A stretch of DNA of 64,000 bases from Yuukianura sp. NJ FZ-2021 (GCA_046563655.1 CM102289.1:4898001-4962000), one strand, 5' to 3'. Shown: positions 1-13,207, numbered from the stretch's first letter. Numbers and translations: made by a program. The notes: generated from the sequence alone by a model not told the origin.

Positions 1-681
1 TGTCGACGAAGACAGGGAGGCATTCGAGGAATTGAACCGGAACTTGGATATTATTCAGTTTCAAAATGATCTTCCGGATGAAGTGCTTGACACTCATGGA
101 CTAACTAAATCAACCATGCATGTCCTCACTCCTTCTCAAATAATTGACATGTACACTTCTACCAACTCACCGGACTTGGTCAGTTTCTGGAAAGCAGCCT
201 CGCTGGCTAAATACATGCCACCGGACATTCAAGATGAGAAGAGGCAAGTTTCGGTTTGCCCTTATTTTTTTTATTCCGTTTTAATTTTTTAATGTGTTAT
301 TTTATTTTAAGGTTTTATTAAGGTTTATTTGTTCATTTAATTTTCCAGACTCCTGATTGTTGCTCGCGCAATTTTATGTGATCCTTGGGAGGAATGGGAC
401 ATGGACCACCCTCTGGATGTCATCGTTCCATCAATGCTGTACAGATTCTTGTCGCTGGCAATTTCGAACGGTAAAAAGTTAAAGCAGTCAGTTTAACTAT
501 AAAATAGAAAATGAATGCGATTTTTTAAAATTTATTTTCAGGAGAATGTCTGGATGATTACTTCAATTTACAAGAATTGAGTGAATTGGACATTCTTGAA
601 GATGTTTTCAGAGCTGGAAATGGCAAATATTTGCTAAAAGCTTGTGAAGAATCTCTTCGTGGAGATGAAATGGAAATGTAA
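1..681 (+). CDS. Nup133: 3' end of nucleoporin Nup133 (last exons ~1-243, 349-470, 542-681)
   Basis: Spliced translation LPDEVL..MHVLTPSQIIDMYT..FWKAASLAKYM..IVARAILCDPW..PLDVIVPSMLYRFL..KYLLKACEE aligns by eye to the Nup133 C-terminal region; first intron is GC-AG (244-348). Confidence 0.75.
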
Positions 682-1009
682 TTTTCATAAACTAGATTAA
701 GCGTAAGCTGCACAGTTTAAGATAAATTAATTTTTGGTATTAATTAAATTAATCTAATTTGGAAATACTTCTCGACAGTATGCATTTTAATTCTATTTTA
801 TTTAAAGTTGAGGTTTTTATTTCCTGAATTTTTGCGTCCCTTCGTGGTTTTTTATGGACAGCAAACCGAAAATAGGTCGACGGATGGATTGTTTTGGCTC
901 AAAAGTTTTGAGCCAAAACCAATTAAGTGAAAACTTAAGGAAATGAATTTAGTCATTTTTTGGAAGGGAGTTTGACATCGTATAAAAAATTGATTGTGCC
1001 AAATCAAAG

Positions 1010-1944
1010 ATGAAAATGGTGAAGCTGCAACTAGAGTGTTTAGTACTAGCAGCCTTCGCAATTTTGGAAATCACTGGAAATGTTGGGGCTAGTAATGGCG
1101 AAAGGTCACAAAGAGGTCATGTTATCAAAATCCTCAGTACAAATACACGTTCTGGATTTGTAGATGTAGACAGTTTTGGTAATTAAAAAATTCTGAATTC
1201 GAAATCGAAAATTGAGTTAAAGAATTAAGTGAATTTCATTTTTGTTTAAGCGAATAGTCCACACGGAAAGGCGGCGTTGGACAGGAGCGTTGTTCCAGAC
1301 AACATTTACCATGGAGCTCTTCAAGCCTACGGAAAAGTGTATGACTTCATCATCGACAAAGGAATTCTTATCTCTGACGAAGTAATCAACATTTAATTTA
1401 ACTAATTCCTAATTAAATTAAGTGATTAAATATAATATTTCTATTTGTAATTTTTAGGCTAAATACTACAACGAAACGGACCCGATTTGGATTGATGGTG
1501 AATTTCGGACGACCAAAACCGAAGCGGAGTTCCTAGCATGGCTTGCAAAACAACAGGAAAAGAATTTTACGTAAATTGAAATGAACTATGGAGTTTACGA
1601 TTAACTTTTAACATTACGAAGCTTTCAAATTGTTTAAGTACTATAAGTGTAATTTGGTATTTTGAACTTAGGGTCACGAGTTATCGGCTGGCGGATAACA
1701 ATTGTCTTACATTTGTGAACAAAGCTGTCAAGTTCCTCGGAGGAAAAGAGCCGAAGAAATTGTGGAAACTCAGACAATTTGCTTTGAACAAGTACTTTTT
1801 TTTAATTTAAAAAAAAAAACAATCTTATTAATTAGTTTTTAGAATTTAGAACATGTTAAACAATTGGATTTTTTCAGCCGAAGAAATATGGACGTTATGC
1901 AAGCCTTGTACCGAGCATGGGCACCTTCAGCTGAAAACGACTAA
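1010..1944 (+). CDS. PPPDE/DeSI-like permuted papain-fold peptidase with N-terminal signal peptide, 5 exons
   Basis: Spliced by eye: MKMVKLQLECLVLAAFAILEITGNVGA..., IYHGALQAYGKVYDF (catalytic His motif), SYRLADNNCLTFVNKAVKFLGG (catalytic Cys motif); stop at 1942-1944. Absent from the ORF track. Confidence 0.65.
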
Positions 1945-2208
1945 ATAAAACAACCAGTGCAAAATCGGAAATAAATTCTGTTTTCATCAACTGTATAAAC
2001 ATTTGCTAGTTTATCTAAGATTTTAAATTTATTTAAATCTAAGGTTTGGTTAGGCATTAACGGGCATTAACAAGATATTTTTGGATAAATCACTCAACAA
2101 ATAAAGAAGTGAATGCATTAAGATGAATTAAACATAATTTAGAAGAATTGGATTTATACGGACATTCTATGCGAAGTTCAGCAAATACCGTCACAGTAAG
2201 CGTCAAAT

Positions 2209-3756
2209 TCACTTTCGTTTTTTGAGCTCTTCGAACCGTTTCGAGAGGTCATCAAAATCGATTTCTTCGTCGGGGTTGTTAGATGTTCCAGGTTGTCCGC
2301 CGCCACCTCCGCCACGGTGGTTACTTCCGCCTCGTGACGGATTTGTAGAAGGCACGGTTGGTAAATCCGGTAAATCTGGAAACTTTAGCTCAGGCCCAGG
2401 GGATGGCTTTGACCTCGGTGCTGCAGTTGGCTTCGGCGGTTCCTGTCCACACCAGAATATTTAGCCATCTAATCTGACAACTCAGCCAGTGATTTTCAAG
2501 CAGTACAACTAAAAAGCGTGTAAGAAGCTGAAGTCGCAACAATGTAAGCAGTTGTTTACAAAACTGAAAAATAACCTGGCTCGAATTATTGGGCACTGAT
2601 GGCGGAACAGCAGCATATGGTGGAGGCAAAGAATAGCCGTGATAACTAGCATTGCCATAATCCATACCAGACGCATCCTACAATTGCAATTACATTCAAC
2701 TCATGCACATTTACGTTAACATCAATCGTTATATCAAACCAATAGTAACTCACCTGGAAATTAGTGTTGAGCACTTTTCCTCCGCCATTTGGAGGCGTAA
2801 ATCCAGGATCCACATAATGGTACCCCTGAGGCAATCCAGGTTGTGGCGGTATGTTAAAGTGACCTTGCGTGTTGCCGAAATTAGGCTCATTGTCATCTAA
2901 CGGCTTCTTAGGTTCAGCAGGTCCAGCTTGTGGATACTGGAACGGCTGATGATGTGGAAATTCACCGGGTGGGGGAGGCATGTACGGAAATCCAACGAAT
3001 CCAGGAGGCGATACTGCTGCAGCGGCGGTTGTTCCCTCGCCACCATTTCCCCCGCCTGTCCCGCCTTGACCTCCTCCGAGATTGTTCCTGGTATCATCTC
3101 CTAGTTCTATAAGATTCTCTGGATTCGCTTCGTCTAGAACTCTTTGATCTGGTTCATAATGCACATTGTAGTTCTTGGCAATTTCAATCAAGTACTTTTC
3201 AACAAGGACTTTCGGTGGTGCTTGAACACTCATCTTCTGAATCAACTTGGTAGAAATGGTGTTAACCGAGTTTTCACGGCATGCAAGTCCATATGGTTTA
3301 CCATACTTGGCAGTCAGCAAGTCGCCAATTACTTTTAACTCAGCAACATCTGTCATTAACCTTAGTGACACCCAGATTAAACTTGACACGGCCTCTGCCA
3401 AACCTTCGTCCAATTCACTAAAAAATTAGAAAGGCGTTACTGGAACCAACATCAAATTTTCATGAAGATAACTTTCGTTTAACTTACTTCATTTGCTGTA
3501 GAAGTCCAAATCTTGCCAGTAATAAGTCACAGTACATTTCCACAATTTCCATTGCTTCAACGATGTAATCTTCTCGGATGATATGTTCCACCCGAATTTT
3601 AGCTCGCTCCACTTTATTCTCTGCCAAGTAATCAGCGATTTCTTTTCTAGCCTTCAACGCTAACTCCGTCTTTTTCTTCTCCAGTAACTTAAGGCGACTC
3701 ACTGCCAGTCGAAGATTTGTCTTTAGTTTCTGATAATTTGGTCCCGACGAGAACAT
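2209..3756 (-). CDS. IST1: IST1 homolog (ESCRT-III associated), multi-exon
   Basis: MFSSGPNYQKLKTNLRLAVSRLKLLEKKK...RVEHIIREDY; Pro-rich middle; C-terminal DFDDLSKRFEELKKRK MIM1 motif. Confidence 0.95.
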
Positions 3757-4169
3757 GATGTTGATATTCTGGATAGATTAATTAACAGCCTATAATCAAA
3801 ACAAATATAACGATTAGTAAAACATAAATCCAACGAAGTTCTGTTCGTTGAAATTAACCTACAGAGTAAAACCAAGATTGACGTTTTGTAAACCGAATGA
3901 ATTTATATTCTTAAGGTTGTGCAGTGATGAATAACAAAGGGTGACACTGACAAGAACACGAACAGGATGTTGGAATATATTCTTTGGATTGGAGTTCTTA
4001 CGTTTCTTTCACAATTTAGATACAAGACTGAAACGGTAAAGATGAATCAGCACCAGCAGACCTAAATCTGTTTTGATAGTTTAATTTCGATGACTCATTC
4101 ATACAGGCGCAGGCGAGACGTCAACTTTGTATTCGTGTGTGCTTTGTGCAGCAGATCGCGGATCACAAT

Positions 4170-4962
4170 TAAACCGGTTGTAAACCGCACATAAAAAAGT
4201 AGCTTTAGCATTTAAGTGTTTTTTTAACAAACTGGAGTAATCTGTTGAGCCCTCAGGGGGAGTGGCGCGGTGCTCCCCCCACCTTCTCACCCCCCACCCC
4301 GGTGGAAATGGGGGTGAGGTCAAGCAAAGATGGATGTGAAGAGGTAGGATCCGGATAAAGCAACAACAGAAGGAATGGGCACTGCACAGTGCATGAGTGT
4401 GTTGGTCAACTGCTGCATAGTTGATTTTTTGCTAAGCAGAGAACCAACTCCCATGCCTTTTACCTTTCCAGTCCCACAAGCAGAGTTTTTTCTACCCAGA
4501 CTTTCTCCATCTGCAATTCACTTGACCTTTGAAATTGATTTTGACCCGGAAGGAGGTCACTGACCGGAATGATATTGCAAACTTGACCTCACCCGGGTCA
4601 TTAGCTGTTAAATGGTGAAAACCGCAACGAAATCGATCCAGTAGTTTCCGAGATAATTGTACGGATGTTTTCACCATTTTACAATGGTTTTCCCTATGTC
4701 ATGACAGGAAACGCGATGACGGACCGGCCTATCTTATGGACATGGCAGAGAACGTGATGACAGACCGGCCTATCTTATGGACCTGACATAGAACGTGATG
4801 ACGAACCGGCCTATCTTATGGACATGACAGAGAACGTGAAGACCAATGGAGTTCCCTATGCCATGACGGAAATCGCGATGACGGACCGGCTTTCCTTATG
4901 GGGATATGACGGAAAACGTGATGACGGACAAAATTACTTTTATAAAGTAGCTAAAGCTACTT
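4170..4962 (-). mobile_element. Non-autonomous Helentron/DINE-1-like (HINE) element
   Basis: 13-bp subterminal inverted repeats AAGTAGCTTTAGC (4197-4209) and GCTAAAGCTACTT (4950-4962); hairpin AAGTAGC-TAAA-GCTACTT at one end; small stem-loop CGGTT-GTA-AACCG beyond the other; internal ~39-bp tandem repeat. Left boundary approximate. Confidence 0.55.
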
Positions 4963-5319
4963 GCTACTTAATAACTGTTGTTTCTTTTTCTTCATTCTCC
5001 AAATTGTAACTAAAAATAACAATTTGTTTTTTCTTTTTCTGACAAAATGTTAGAAATCGGTAAAATTTAGTTTTCCAGAAACTAAACTTCTAAAAACGAT
5101 TTCCAATTTCACTCTGTCCACCTTTCAGACTTACCAATTATGTCACTGAAAATTCTTAAATAGAACAGCAAAGAATCTCAAGTTAATACGGTTTCTGACT
5201 GCTGTCGTCATCAGTACCGAGCAACACGGTAGACCGTAGTGCAATGGTCCCTTTGTGCATAACATACCAGATTTAAGTTTCTGGTATGTTGTGCAGGGTG
5301 TGGTCCCTCTAGCCTATAA

Positions 5320-6110
5320 AAAAAACCGAAAGTCACATTAAAAATACACGAAGACCCATACAACAAAAGATAAGTCAATTAAAAAAAACCGAAAGTCCCG
5401 TTAAATATACACAAGATCCATCCGTCCTCGCGCCCAATCTACTGCCGTATGTTCTAGCGTTTAGGAAAAAACGAAAGTCCCGTTAAATATACACGAAGAA
5501 CAACTCAACAAAAGATAAGTCAACTAGAAAAAACCGAAAGTCCCATTAATACACAAGATCCATACAACAATAGATAAGTCAATGACTACGCTCGAGATTC
5601 CGGCCTCATTCACTCGAACTGGCGCACACCGGTCTCACCAAGAGAGATTCGCACCCCTCTTTGCCCCGTGCCACCTGAACAGCTACTTGCAAGCCTCATC
5701 CGTCGTCGCGCCCAATCTACTGCCGTATGTTCTAGCGTTCAAGAAAAAAAACCGAAAGTCCCGTTATATATACACGAAGAACAATTCAACAAAAGATAAG
5801 TCAATTAAAAAAAACCGAAAGTCCTGTTAATACACAAGATCCATACAACAATAGATAAGTCAATGACTACGCTCGGGATTCCGGCCTCATTCACTCGAAC
5901 TGGCGCACACCGGTCTCACCAAGAGAGATTCGCACCCCTCTTTGCCCCGTGCCACCTGAACAGCTACTTGCAAGCCTCATCCGTCGTCGCGCCCAATCTA
6001 CTGCCGTATGTTCTAGCGTTTAAGAAAAAAACCGAAAGTCCCGTTAAATATACACGAAGATCAATTCAACAAAAGAAAAGTCAATTAAAAAAAGCCGAAC
6101 GTCCCGTTAA
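5320..6110. repeat. Diverged precursor repeats, including a ~281-bp tandem duplication related to the downstream 588-bp unit
   Basis: ATGACTACGCTCG...GCCCAATCTACTGCCGTATGTT recurs at 5582 and 5863; AAAAAACCGAAAGTC motif is repeated. Confidence 0.85.
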
Positions 6111-6112
6111 CT

Positions 6113-9100
6113 ATAACACTTCTGCTGCGCATTCAAGCAAGAGACACAGGGACTAAGTTTTTTACCACATCCCCGAACCAATGCGGATTGAGACTTTGAA
6201 ACGATCTGTGCATGGACACATTCGCCAAGAAGTGATTCCGTAGGTTTCGGTTGTGGGATTTAGTATGTGTTCCTAAGTGATGGTACAGAGAAGGTTTAGT
6301 CAAAAATTTAAAGTTCATTTTACAATTTTTTGAACCAAAATTACGAAACAAACTCCAGATTTTTTTTATATACACAAAGATCCATACGACAGAGGATTAG
6401 TCAATGACTACGCTCGAGATTCCGGCCCCAGTTCACTCGGACTGGCACACTCCGGACTTACCGAGAGAGATTCACACCCCTCCCTGCCCTGTGTCACCTG
6501 AACAGCTACTCGCAAGCCTCGATCCGTCTTCGCGCCCAATCTACTGCAATGCCGTATGTTCCAGTGTATATGAAAAAAACCGAAAGTCACGTTAAATGTC
6601 AAGTCAAGTTTCGTTAACTCTAATAATAACACTTCTGCTGCGATATGAAAAAAACCGAAAGTCACGTTAAATGTCAAGTCAAGTCTCGTTAACTCAAATA
6701 ATAACACTTCTGCTGCGCATTCAAGCAAGAGACACAGGGACTAAGTTTTTTACCACATCCCCGAACCAATGCGGATTGAGACTTTGAAACGATCTGTGCA
6801 TGGACACATTCGCCAAGAAGTGATTCCGTAGGTTTCGGTTGTGGGATTTAGTATGTGTTCCTAAGTGATGGTACAGAGAAGGTTTAGTCAAAAATTTAAA
6901 GTTCATTTTACAATTTTTTGAACCAAAATTACGAAACAAACTCCAGATTTTTTTTATATACACAAAGATCCATACGACAGAGGATTAGTCAATGACTACG
7001 CTCGAGATTCCGGCCCCAGTTCACTCGGACTGGCACACTCCGGACTTACCGAGAGAGATTCACACCCCTCCCTGCCCTGTGTCACCTGAACAGCTACTCG
7101 CAAGCCTCGATCCGTCTTCGCGCCCAATCTACTGCAATGCCGTATGTTCCAGTGTATATGAAAAAAACCGAAAGTCACGTTAAATGTCAAGTCAAGTCTC
7201 GTTAACTCTAATAATAACACTTCTGCTGCGATATGAAAAAAACCGAAAGTCACGTTAAATGTCAAGTCAAGTCTCGTTAACTCAAATAATAACACTTCTG
7301 CTGCGCATTCAAGCAAGAGACACAGGGACTAAGTTTTTTACCACATCCCCGAACCAATGCGGATTGAGACTTTGAAACGATCTGTGCATGGACACATTCG
7401 CCAAGAAGTGATTCCGTAGGTTTCGGTTGTGGGATTTAGTATGTGTTCCTAAGTGATGGTACAGAGAAGGTTTAGTCAAAAATTTAAAGTTCATTTTACA
7501 ATTTTTTGAACCAAAATTACGAAACAAACTCCAGATTTTTTTTATATACACAAAGATCCATACGACAGAGGATTAGTCAATGACTACGCTCGAGATTCCG
7601 GCCCCAGTTCACTCGGACTGGCACACTCCGGACTTACCGAGAGAGATTCACACCCCTCCCTGCCCTGTGTCACCTGAACAGCTACTCGCAAGCCTCGATC
7701 CGTCTTCGCGCCCAATCTACTGCAATGCCGTATGTTCCAGTGTATATGAAAAAAACCGAAAGTCACGTTAAATGTCAAGTCAAGTCTCGTTAACTCTAAT
7801 AATAACACTTCTGCTGCGATATGAAAAAAACCGAAAGTCACGTTAAATGTCAAGTCAAGTCTCGTTAACTCAAATAATAACACTTCTGCTGCGCATTCAA
7901 GCAAGAGACACAGGGACTAAGTTTTTTACCACATCCCCGAACCAATGCGGATTGAGACTTTGAAACGATCTGTGCATGGACACATTCGCCAAGAAGTGAT
8001 TCCGTAGGTTTCGGTTGTGGGATTTAGTATGTGTTCCTAAGTGATGGTACAGAGAAGGTTTAGTCAAAAATTTAAAGTTCATTTTACAATTTTTTGAACC
8101 AAAATTACGAAACAAACTCCAGATTTTTTTTATATACACAAAGATCCATACGACAGAGGATTAGTCAATGACTACGCTCGAGATTCCGGCCCCAGTTCAC
8201 TCGGACTGGCACACTCCGGACTTACCGAGAGAGATTCACACCCCTCCCTGCCCTGTGTCACCTGAACAGCTACTCGCAAGCCTCGATCCGTCTTCGCGCC
8301 CAATCTACTGCAATGCCGTATGTTCCAGTGTATATGAAAAAAACCGAAAGTCACGTTAAATGTCAAGTCAAGTCTCGTTAACTCTAATAATAACACTTCT
8401 GCTGCGATATGAAAAAAACCGAAAGTCACGTTAAATGTCAAGTCAAGTCTCGTTAACTCAAATAATAACACTTCTGCTGCGCATTCAAGCAAGAGACACA
8501 GGGACTAAGTTTTTTACCACATCCCCGAACCAATGCGGATTGAGACTTTGAAACGATCTGTGCATGGACACATTCGCCAAGAAGTGATTCCGTAGGTTTC
8601 GGTTGTGGGATTTAGTATGTGTTCCTAAGTGATGGTACAGAGAAGGTTTAGTCAAAAATTTAAAGTTCATTTTACAATTTTTTGAACCAAAATTACGAAA
8701 CAAACTCCAGATTTTTTTTATATACACAAAGATCCATACGACAGAGGATTAGTCAATGACTACGCTCGAGATTCCGGCCCCAGTTCACTCGGACTGGCAC
8801 ACTCCGGACTTACCGAGAGAGATTCACACCCCTCCCTGCCCTGTGTCACCTGAACAGCTACTCGCAAGCCTCGATCCGTCTTCGCGCCCAATCTACTGCA
8901 ATGCCGTATGTTCCAGTGTATATGAAAAAAACCGAAAGTCACGTTAAATGTCAAGTCAAGTCTCGTTAACTCTAATAATAACACTTCTGCTGCGATATGA
9001 AAAAAACCGAAAGTCACGTTAAATGTCAAGTCAAGTCTCGTTAACTCAAATAATAACACTTCTGCTGCGCATTCAAGCAAGAGACACAGGGACTAAGTTT

Positions 9101-9893
9101 TTTACCACATCCCCGAACCAATGCGGATTGAGACTTTGAAACGATCTGTGCATGGACACATTCGCCAAGAAGTGATTCCGTAGGTTTCGGTTGTGGGATT
9201 TAGTATGTGTTCCTAAGTGATGGTACAGAGAAGGTTTAGTCAAAAATTTAAAGTTCATTTTACAATTTTTTGAACCAAAATTACGAAACAAACTCCAGAT
9301 TTTTTTTATATACACAAAGATCCATACGACAGAGGATTAGTCAATGACTACGCTCGAGATTCCGGCCCCAGTTCACTCGGACTGGCACACTCCGGACTTA
9401 CCGAGAGAGATTCACACCCCTCCCTGCCCTGTGTCACCTGAACAGCTACTCGCAAGCCTCGATCCGTCTTCGCGCCCAATCTACTGCAATGCCGTATGTT
9501 CCAGTGTATATGAAAAAAACCGAAAGTCACGTTAAATGTCAAGTCAAGTCTCGTTAACTCTAATAATAACACTTCTGCTGCGATATGAAAAAAACCGAAA
9601 GTCACGTTAAATGTTAAGTCAAGTCTCGTTAACTCAAATAATAACACTTCTGCTGCGCATTCAAGCAAGAGACACAGGGACTAAGTTTTTTACCACATCC
9701 CCGAACCAATGCGGATTGAGACTTTGAAACGATCTGTGCATGGACACATTCGCCAAGAAGTGATTCCGTAGGTTTCGGTTGTGGGATTTAGTATGTGTTC
9801 CTAAGTGATGGTACAGAGAAGGTTTAGTCAAAAATTTAAAGTTCAGTTTACTATTTTTAGAACCAAAATTACGAAACAAACTCCAGATTTTTT
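6113..9893. repeat. Tandem array of ~6.4 near-identical 588-bp units, each with an internal ~75-bp duplication
   Basis: Near-identical ORFs recur at exactly 588-bp spacing (6133, 6721, 7309, 7897, 8485, 9073, 9661). Confidence 0.97.
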
Positions 9894-9929
9894 CAGTATT
9901 GCATAATGAATCTGTATAATTTTGTCAAA

Positions 9930-10250
9930 GAAGTTTCAAAGAAGAAGCGTTCCGTCATGAAACATGAAGAGGAAGTGGGACTGTTGATGGCAGATATCGC
10001 TAAGGACTTTCCTCGCTTGCAGTAAATTCTAAGGTCACTTCAATTTTCAAAACTTAAGTTTTCAGCTTAGTTGACATGTTCGTGATAATGATTTGTAAAT
10101 TTTACTATTTCAGAGAGAATTTTAACATCGTCCTGTACGGATTCGGACCCAAAGATCCAATTCTAAAAAGTTTCAAGTCCTTTCTCAACGATGAGTTTAT
10201 GATTGTAGACATCAACAGACATTTTCCAAAGTTAAAACCTAAGAATGTAA
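9930..10250 (+). pseudogene. ORC2: ORC2 gene fragment
   Basis: HEEEVGLLMADIAKDFPRLQ*ILR|ENFNIVLYGFGPKDPILKSF...VDINRHFP matches the ORC2 GFNxxLYGxGSK region; in-frame stop, and no rest of the gene. Confidence 0.65.
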
Positions 10251-10339
10251 GTTTCTAAAATCACACTTCTAATACCAACCGGAAGTGAATGTATCAATTG
10301 TGCTTGATTGGAAATTTAGGTTCTGCTGAGTTTCTGGGA

Positions 10340-11700
10340 ACCGGCAATGTGACATTGGACACCAGAATCGATATAATTGGGAGCGGAATTGCCGGCTTAT
10401 CGACTGGACTTGCCCTGCACAACGCTGGATTTACTCAAGTAAGGATTTACGAACGGGACGATTGTTTTGACCGGAGACAAGGGTATGGACTCACAATGCT
10501 ACAAGGAAATACCGCCCTCAGAAGACTCGGAGTTTATGACAAGGTCAACCAGATTGACACGCCCTCCAGATCTCACTACATCTTCAACTGTCATGGCAGG
10601 CAACATTGTCGGATTCTTCGGAACCAAATTCTGGCCATCACCAACCTCTGACAAGAAGGCCAAGTACAACCTCCATGTCAGCAGACAGAATCTACGCAAA
10701 ATACTGTATGAACAACTGACACTAAAGGCACAAGGAATCGTTCAGTGGAACAAGATGTTGGATTCCATCTTCCAGTTCCAGAAGAGCCTAATAACGGTGA
10801 GGATTCGTGGGAACCTTCCTTTTCGGATGGACATTTTACTAAGGTGCAGTTGGTATTTGGTTGTGATGGGATTAACAGTTTCGTCCGTCGTCAAGCCTTT
10901 CCGGAAGATGACAATCCGCTCAAATATTTGGGAATCCTACTTGTTCTTGGTAATTCAAACATAATCAATTTAGTAAAATCACTATAACGGTAGTAATATA
11001 GAACAAAAGTACAAGCGTGTTTCTTTTTTAGGTATCACTAGGACTGATCACTACCTAAGTCAAGAACGAGTGTTTCAAACTGTGGATGGAAACACAAGAC
11101 TGTTTGCGATGCCATTCTACGGAGATGAAAGCAGACCGCATGAAAATATGATGTGGCAACTGTCATTCCCAGTGGAGGAACAAGAAGCGAAACAATTACC
11201 TACCAACTTAGATCAACTAAAAAGAAGAGTTTTAGAAATGTGTGGAAACTGGCACGATCCGATTCCATCCCTCATCCAGTCAACTAATTTGTCACTGCTC
11301 ATGGGTATCCCTACCTACGACAGAGACCCTCAACCGCCATGTCAAACTTCGAAGTCATTGGTGTTGCTTGGAGATGCTGCTCATCCAATGTCTCCCTTCA
11401 AAGGTCAAGGAGCAAATCAAGCCTTACTGGACGGAGTCTACTTTACAGATTTTTTAAGTCGTGGAGCGAGCATAGATTCCGCTATTCGTAGCTTTGAAAC
11501 TGAAATGTGGAACAGAGTTCGTGTTGGATTCCAGAGAAAGAGCAACAACTTTCCATCACCCGGGCGTCCTCGGAGGTGACTTTTTCCTTTACCGGGGAAT
11601 TGGACAATTCCTCCAAAAGTTAAAAGAAAAAGGAGTCAACAGCAGCAGTGGAGAAGCAATCGATGGCCTAATTATTTCAGAACTCAAAGGCCTCAATCTC
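10340..11700 (+). pseudogene. Class A FAD-dependent monooxygenase, frameshifted
   Basis: IIGSGIAGL (GxGxxG), GCDGINS (DG motif) and LLGDAAHPMSPFKGQGANQA (GD motif) lie in different frames; frameshifts near 10.6, 10.77 and 11.53 kb; one intron ~10950-11031. Confidence 0.8.
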
Positions 11701-12140
11701 AACGGTTACGGCAACTCAACTGCTCTTCCAAGTCTTCATCGTCACCTGTCACTAGCAGCATAGGAATCTCCTGGACAAACTCTACCGGAACTCCCATCCA
11801 CTTTCACAAATCCATTTTTCTACTTCAACTTTTTCCTCAACATGTTGGATAAAGCAAGTGATGTGTAGGAGAGAGAAAGCGATGTAAAATGTGAAATCGG
11901 AAGTCGATGGAGCTTGTAGCTGGAAGAGTGAAAGTGTGGTAGTTTTGTCTTTTATGTGAGATAGGAGGAATTAAGCGTAATTAAGATAACCACTCACTCA
12001 GGGTCCAGGGTGACAAGGACCAGAAATTCCTGCTCAATTGGACGCACTCAAGCGAAGGCTTCTGTTTTAGCACAAACCAAATTCATCACGCGCCTCTCAA
12101 CAACACCCATTCAACGCAACGTGAGAAAGTCAGATATGGT

Positions 12141-12503
12141 GATAGGAAAAGAAAAGCGGAATTTGGCAAAAACTTGCAGACGTCGGGTTTTGGCACATTC
12201 CTGGCAGATATCCACGTCAGTCGGGGAACTTTGTAGTTTGTCCACTGCGAGTACATCGGTCGTCCTTCCTTGTCCAATGAGAGACTCGTCAAGCAGAAAC
12301 TGACTTCGCAAAAAGTTGAAGTCAGAGATTGCGATAGGAAAGGAAAAGCGAAAAGTAGAAAGAAATTGGCAAAACTTACAGACGTCGGGTTTTGGCACAT
12401 TCCTGGCAGATATCCACGTCAGTCGGGGAACGTTGTAGTCTGTCCACTGCGAGTACATCGGTCGTCCTTCCTTGTCCAATGAGAGACTCGTCAAGCAGAA
12501 ACT
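12141..12503. repeat. ~200-bp tandem duplication
   Basis: GACGTCGGGTTTTGGCACATTCCTGGCAGATATCC...GTCAAGCAGAAAC occurs twice. Confidence 0.85.
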
Positions 12504-12561
12504 GCTTAAATATGGACATCACGGTGAGGGCACTTGAACTTTTCAGTTTTTGAACCAAATA

Positions 12562-12719
12562 CAGTGCGAATTTTATGTTTTTCGACCAAAAAACCTTCTC
12601 CAAAGCCAGTCTTCCTCTCCACCTCGATTTCAACCCTTGATCCCAGCGTCGAAATCGAAGTGGAAAGGAAAAGAGGTTTTGGAGATGGTTTTTTGGTCCA
12701 AAACATAAAATTCGCACTG
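12562..12719. mobile_element. Foldback Tc1/mariner-type MITE
   Basis: TA|CAGTGCGAATTTTATGTTTT...AAAACATAAAATTCGCACTG|TA; almost the whole element is an imperfect palindrome. Confidence 0.75.
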
Positions 12720-12929
12720 TAAGTATAACATCACGATGTTAGTTCTTGTTCACTGTAGCACTTTCACTCACAAATTGTTCAGCAAAAACGAAATTCGCAC
12801 ATTGTTGCACAAAAAAGTCAACTTTTGCAGTTTTTTTTAAGAGAAAGAGAAACGTAGGTCTTCACTGGTCAAAGTTCTCACGATCACTGAAGGGCTCCAA
12901 GATGGCGGCCGACGACAGCAGAACGCACC

Positions 12930-12959
12930 CTTCTAGAACATTCTAGAACGTTCTAGAAA
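12930..12959. promoter_or_regulatory. Perfect six-unit heat shock element
   Basis: cTTCt aGAAc aTTCt aGAAc gTTCt aGAAa. Confidence 0.6.
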
Positions 12960-12974
12960 GACAGTGAACCTATA

Positions 12975-13207
12975 CAGTAGACTTTCCCACTTATTCCATT
13001 TGCCAAATACAAAACAATTTCAATTGACAAATACAAAACCCGCACCAGTACACTGGCGGTAAAATGGCAAAATGAAACATGCAATGGCAAATGGGGGATT
13101 TGCCAATGACAATTTGACCACACACTCATGTAATTTTCTAACCCCAGTGTAGTTCAATTGTATTTTGTTTTGTATTTCGCAAATGGAATAAGTGGGAAAG
13201 TCTACTG
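12975..13207. mobile_element. pogo/Tc1-type MITE
   Basis: TA|CAGTAGACTTTCCCACTTATTCCATTTG...CAAATGGAATAAGTGGGAAAGTCTACTG|TA. Confidence 0.85.

Noticed and set aside
4690..4930. 39-bp repeats as a CRISPR
   Set aside because: Head-to-tail minisatellite with no spacers, inside a dispersed element.
6113..9893. CRISPR array, ribozyme array, or repeated protein genes
   Set aside because: No unique spacers or cas genes; no CTGANGA hammerhead core seen; the short ORFs simply recur with the repeat unit.
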